Part shown: positions 62,661-64,000 of the stretch, piece by piece
Layout: every line of letters starts with the position of its first letter
Position numbering within the stretch: the stretch's first letter is position 1
Assembly (NCBI GenBank): GCA_965237415.1
Contig: CBDEFM010000002.1
Coordinates: 1,632,001 to 1,696,000, forward strand
From: Alphaproteobacteria bacterium
GTDB taxonomy: Bacteria > Pseudomonadota > Alphaproteobacteria > UBA828
Direction: 5' to 3'
DNA length: 64,000 bases
Notes under the pieces: generated by a model
Seen by the model: only the letters and a program-made list of their open reading frames with translations
The model's database searches: none
What the model was told of the DNA's origin: nothing
Translations under genes and position numbers: made by a program

Positions 62661-63762
62661 AGCGCGCTGGCCTGATGGACTGACTTCTCCAGCCATTCTG
62701 GGCGAATCGCGATCCCCCATCCGGGGCCGCCCGGAATCTCGACCTTCCCGTCCCTCGCGACCGGCAGCTCGTCGTAGATGCCGTACTGCCAGGGATAGAA
62801 GCCGGCCCCCTCGATGGAGAACTCCACGTAGGGCCCCGCGTTCTCCAGCGCACCCATCAGGTGCAGGGTGAATATCGTGACCAGAGAGAGATTGGCGGCG
62901 TGCGGCGTGACCGCCATGCCGGCATCGCGTGCCATGCGCGCGACGCGGAGGAAGCGGTCGCCCCGCCGACGTAGCAGACATCCGGCTGCGCCACGTCCAT
63001 CGTCCCGCTGTCGATCAGGTATTGCCAGAGGGTGAGGTTGTTGTCCTGTTCGCCGCCCGTCACGTCGAGATCGAGCGCCTCCTTGACCGCCCGCGTCCAT
63101 TTCGGCTTCCAATAGGGACAGGGCTCCTCGAAGTGGCACACCGCGTTCTCTTCCAGGAGCCGGCCGAGCGCGATCGCCTGCTCGGGCGCGTAGCAGCTGT
63201 TTCCGTCGACCAGCAGGGCAACGTCATCGCCGAGCGCGCGGCGAACCTCCCGCACGATCGCCTCAGAGCGGCCCGGCCACTGGTCCTGCCCGCGGCCGCA
63301 TTCCGCGCCCACCCGGAACTTGAAGGCGTCGTACCCGTGGCGGTCGCGCAGCCGTAGGAAGCGCTCCGCCTCCGCCTCGGGCGTGATGTCCCGACTCATG
63401 CTGGAGGCGTAGACGCGAAGCGGTCGCGGGGTGCCGCCCAGCAGTTCGCACACGCTCTTGCCCTCGAGCTTGCCGTGCAGATCCCAGATGGCGGTATCGA
63501 GGCCGCCGAGCGCCCGGCACAGATGGGAGCCCGGAAACTTGTGCTCCCTCTCGCAAATCCGATCGAGCAGATCTCCCAGTCCGTCGAGCGACGAGATGTC
63601 CTGGCCGAGCGCCCAGGGCGCGACCTGCCGGTGCAGCACGGTCGCGGAGATGTCGGCATGGTAGGTCGAAACCTGTCCCCATCCTTCCGCGCCGTCGTCG
63701 GCGGTGATCCGCGTCAGCCCGACCTCGCGGGTGCAGAACGTCTCGATCTTTTGAATCTTCAT
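62657..63762 (-). pseudogene. Mandelate racemase/muconate lactonizing family enzyme with one frameshift
   Basis: [31 protein letters not shown] then a shift near 62960 to RFLRVA..TPH; may be a sequencing error. Confidence 0.8.
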
Positions 63763-63792
63763 CGACTTGTGCTCACAGTTGTCGAACCGCGG

Positions 63793-64000
63793 TCAGTCCG
63801 GAAAGACGATGACATGGCGCAGACCCTGGGAGCGCCGCGCGTGCGCGATCGCCTCGTTGATCTCGGCCAACGGTCTGCGCGATGCGACCAGCTCATCCAG
63901 CTTGAGCCGGCCCGAGCGGTAGAGCCGGAACAGCCTCGGCGCGTCGACGCGGAGCCTCGCATCGCCCACCCGCACGTTCGCGGTGTTGATGGCCGCGCCG
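63793..64000 (-). pseudogene. Zn-dependent alcohol dehydrogenase 3' part with an apparent internal deletion (runs off the window)
   Basis: GAAINTANVRVGD is joined directly to ARLRVDAPRL..GRLKLDEL..INEA. Confidence 0.7.

Overview
GC-rich bacterial DNA, most likely alphaproteobacterial (inferred from a GTTC-N7-GTTC LexA-type box, aapJ and an alpha-type XRE protein). It is an accessory, catabolism-rich region with about 50 CDS. These include a VOC enzyme with tandem amidohydrolases, allE, ycaQ, glpD/glpK, a sugar ABC system with Gfo/Idh and IolD-like genes, a beta-oxidation set headed by an orphan TmoE-like monooxygenase beta subunit, wzm/wzt with a low-GC GT2, a four-subunit Mo-hydroxylase, and a peptide-type ABC system with a Rieske oxygenase. 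There are two tRNA genes (Lys-UUU, Ser-GCU) and three IS elements: ISNCY/IS1202-like, IS5, and a 2268-bp IS1-family element with cargo genes. Erosion is heavy: gene relics, orphan binding proteins, in-frame fusions or deletions, and frameshifts. Four signals stand out. (1) The IS1-family transporter element has clear IRs, an 8-bp TSD, a small-ORF cargo operon and a (GGGGAACCT)n leader repeat. (2) A DUF5131-TcmP operon has a perfect LexA box in its promoter spacer. (3) A HEPN (TIGR02391) plus XRE islet is bounded by a duplicated glpK 3' end. (4) The TmoE-like gene has no partner subunits. Family calls come from motif recognition by eye; no database searches were run.
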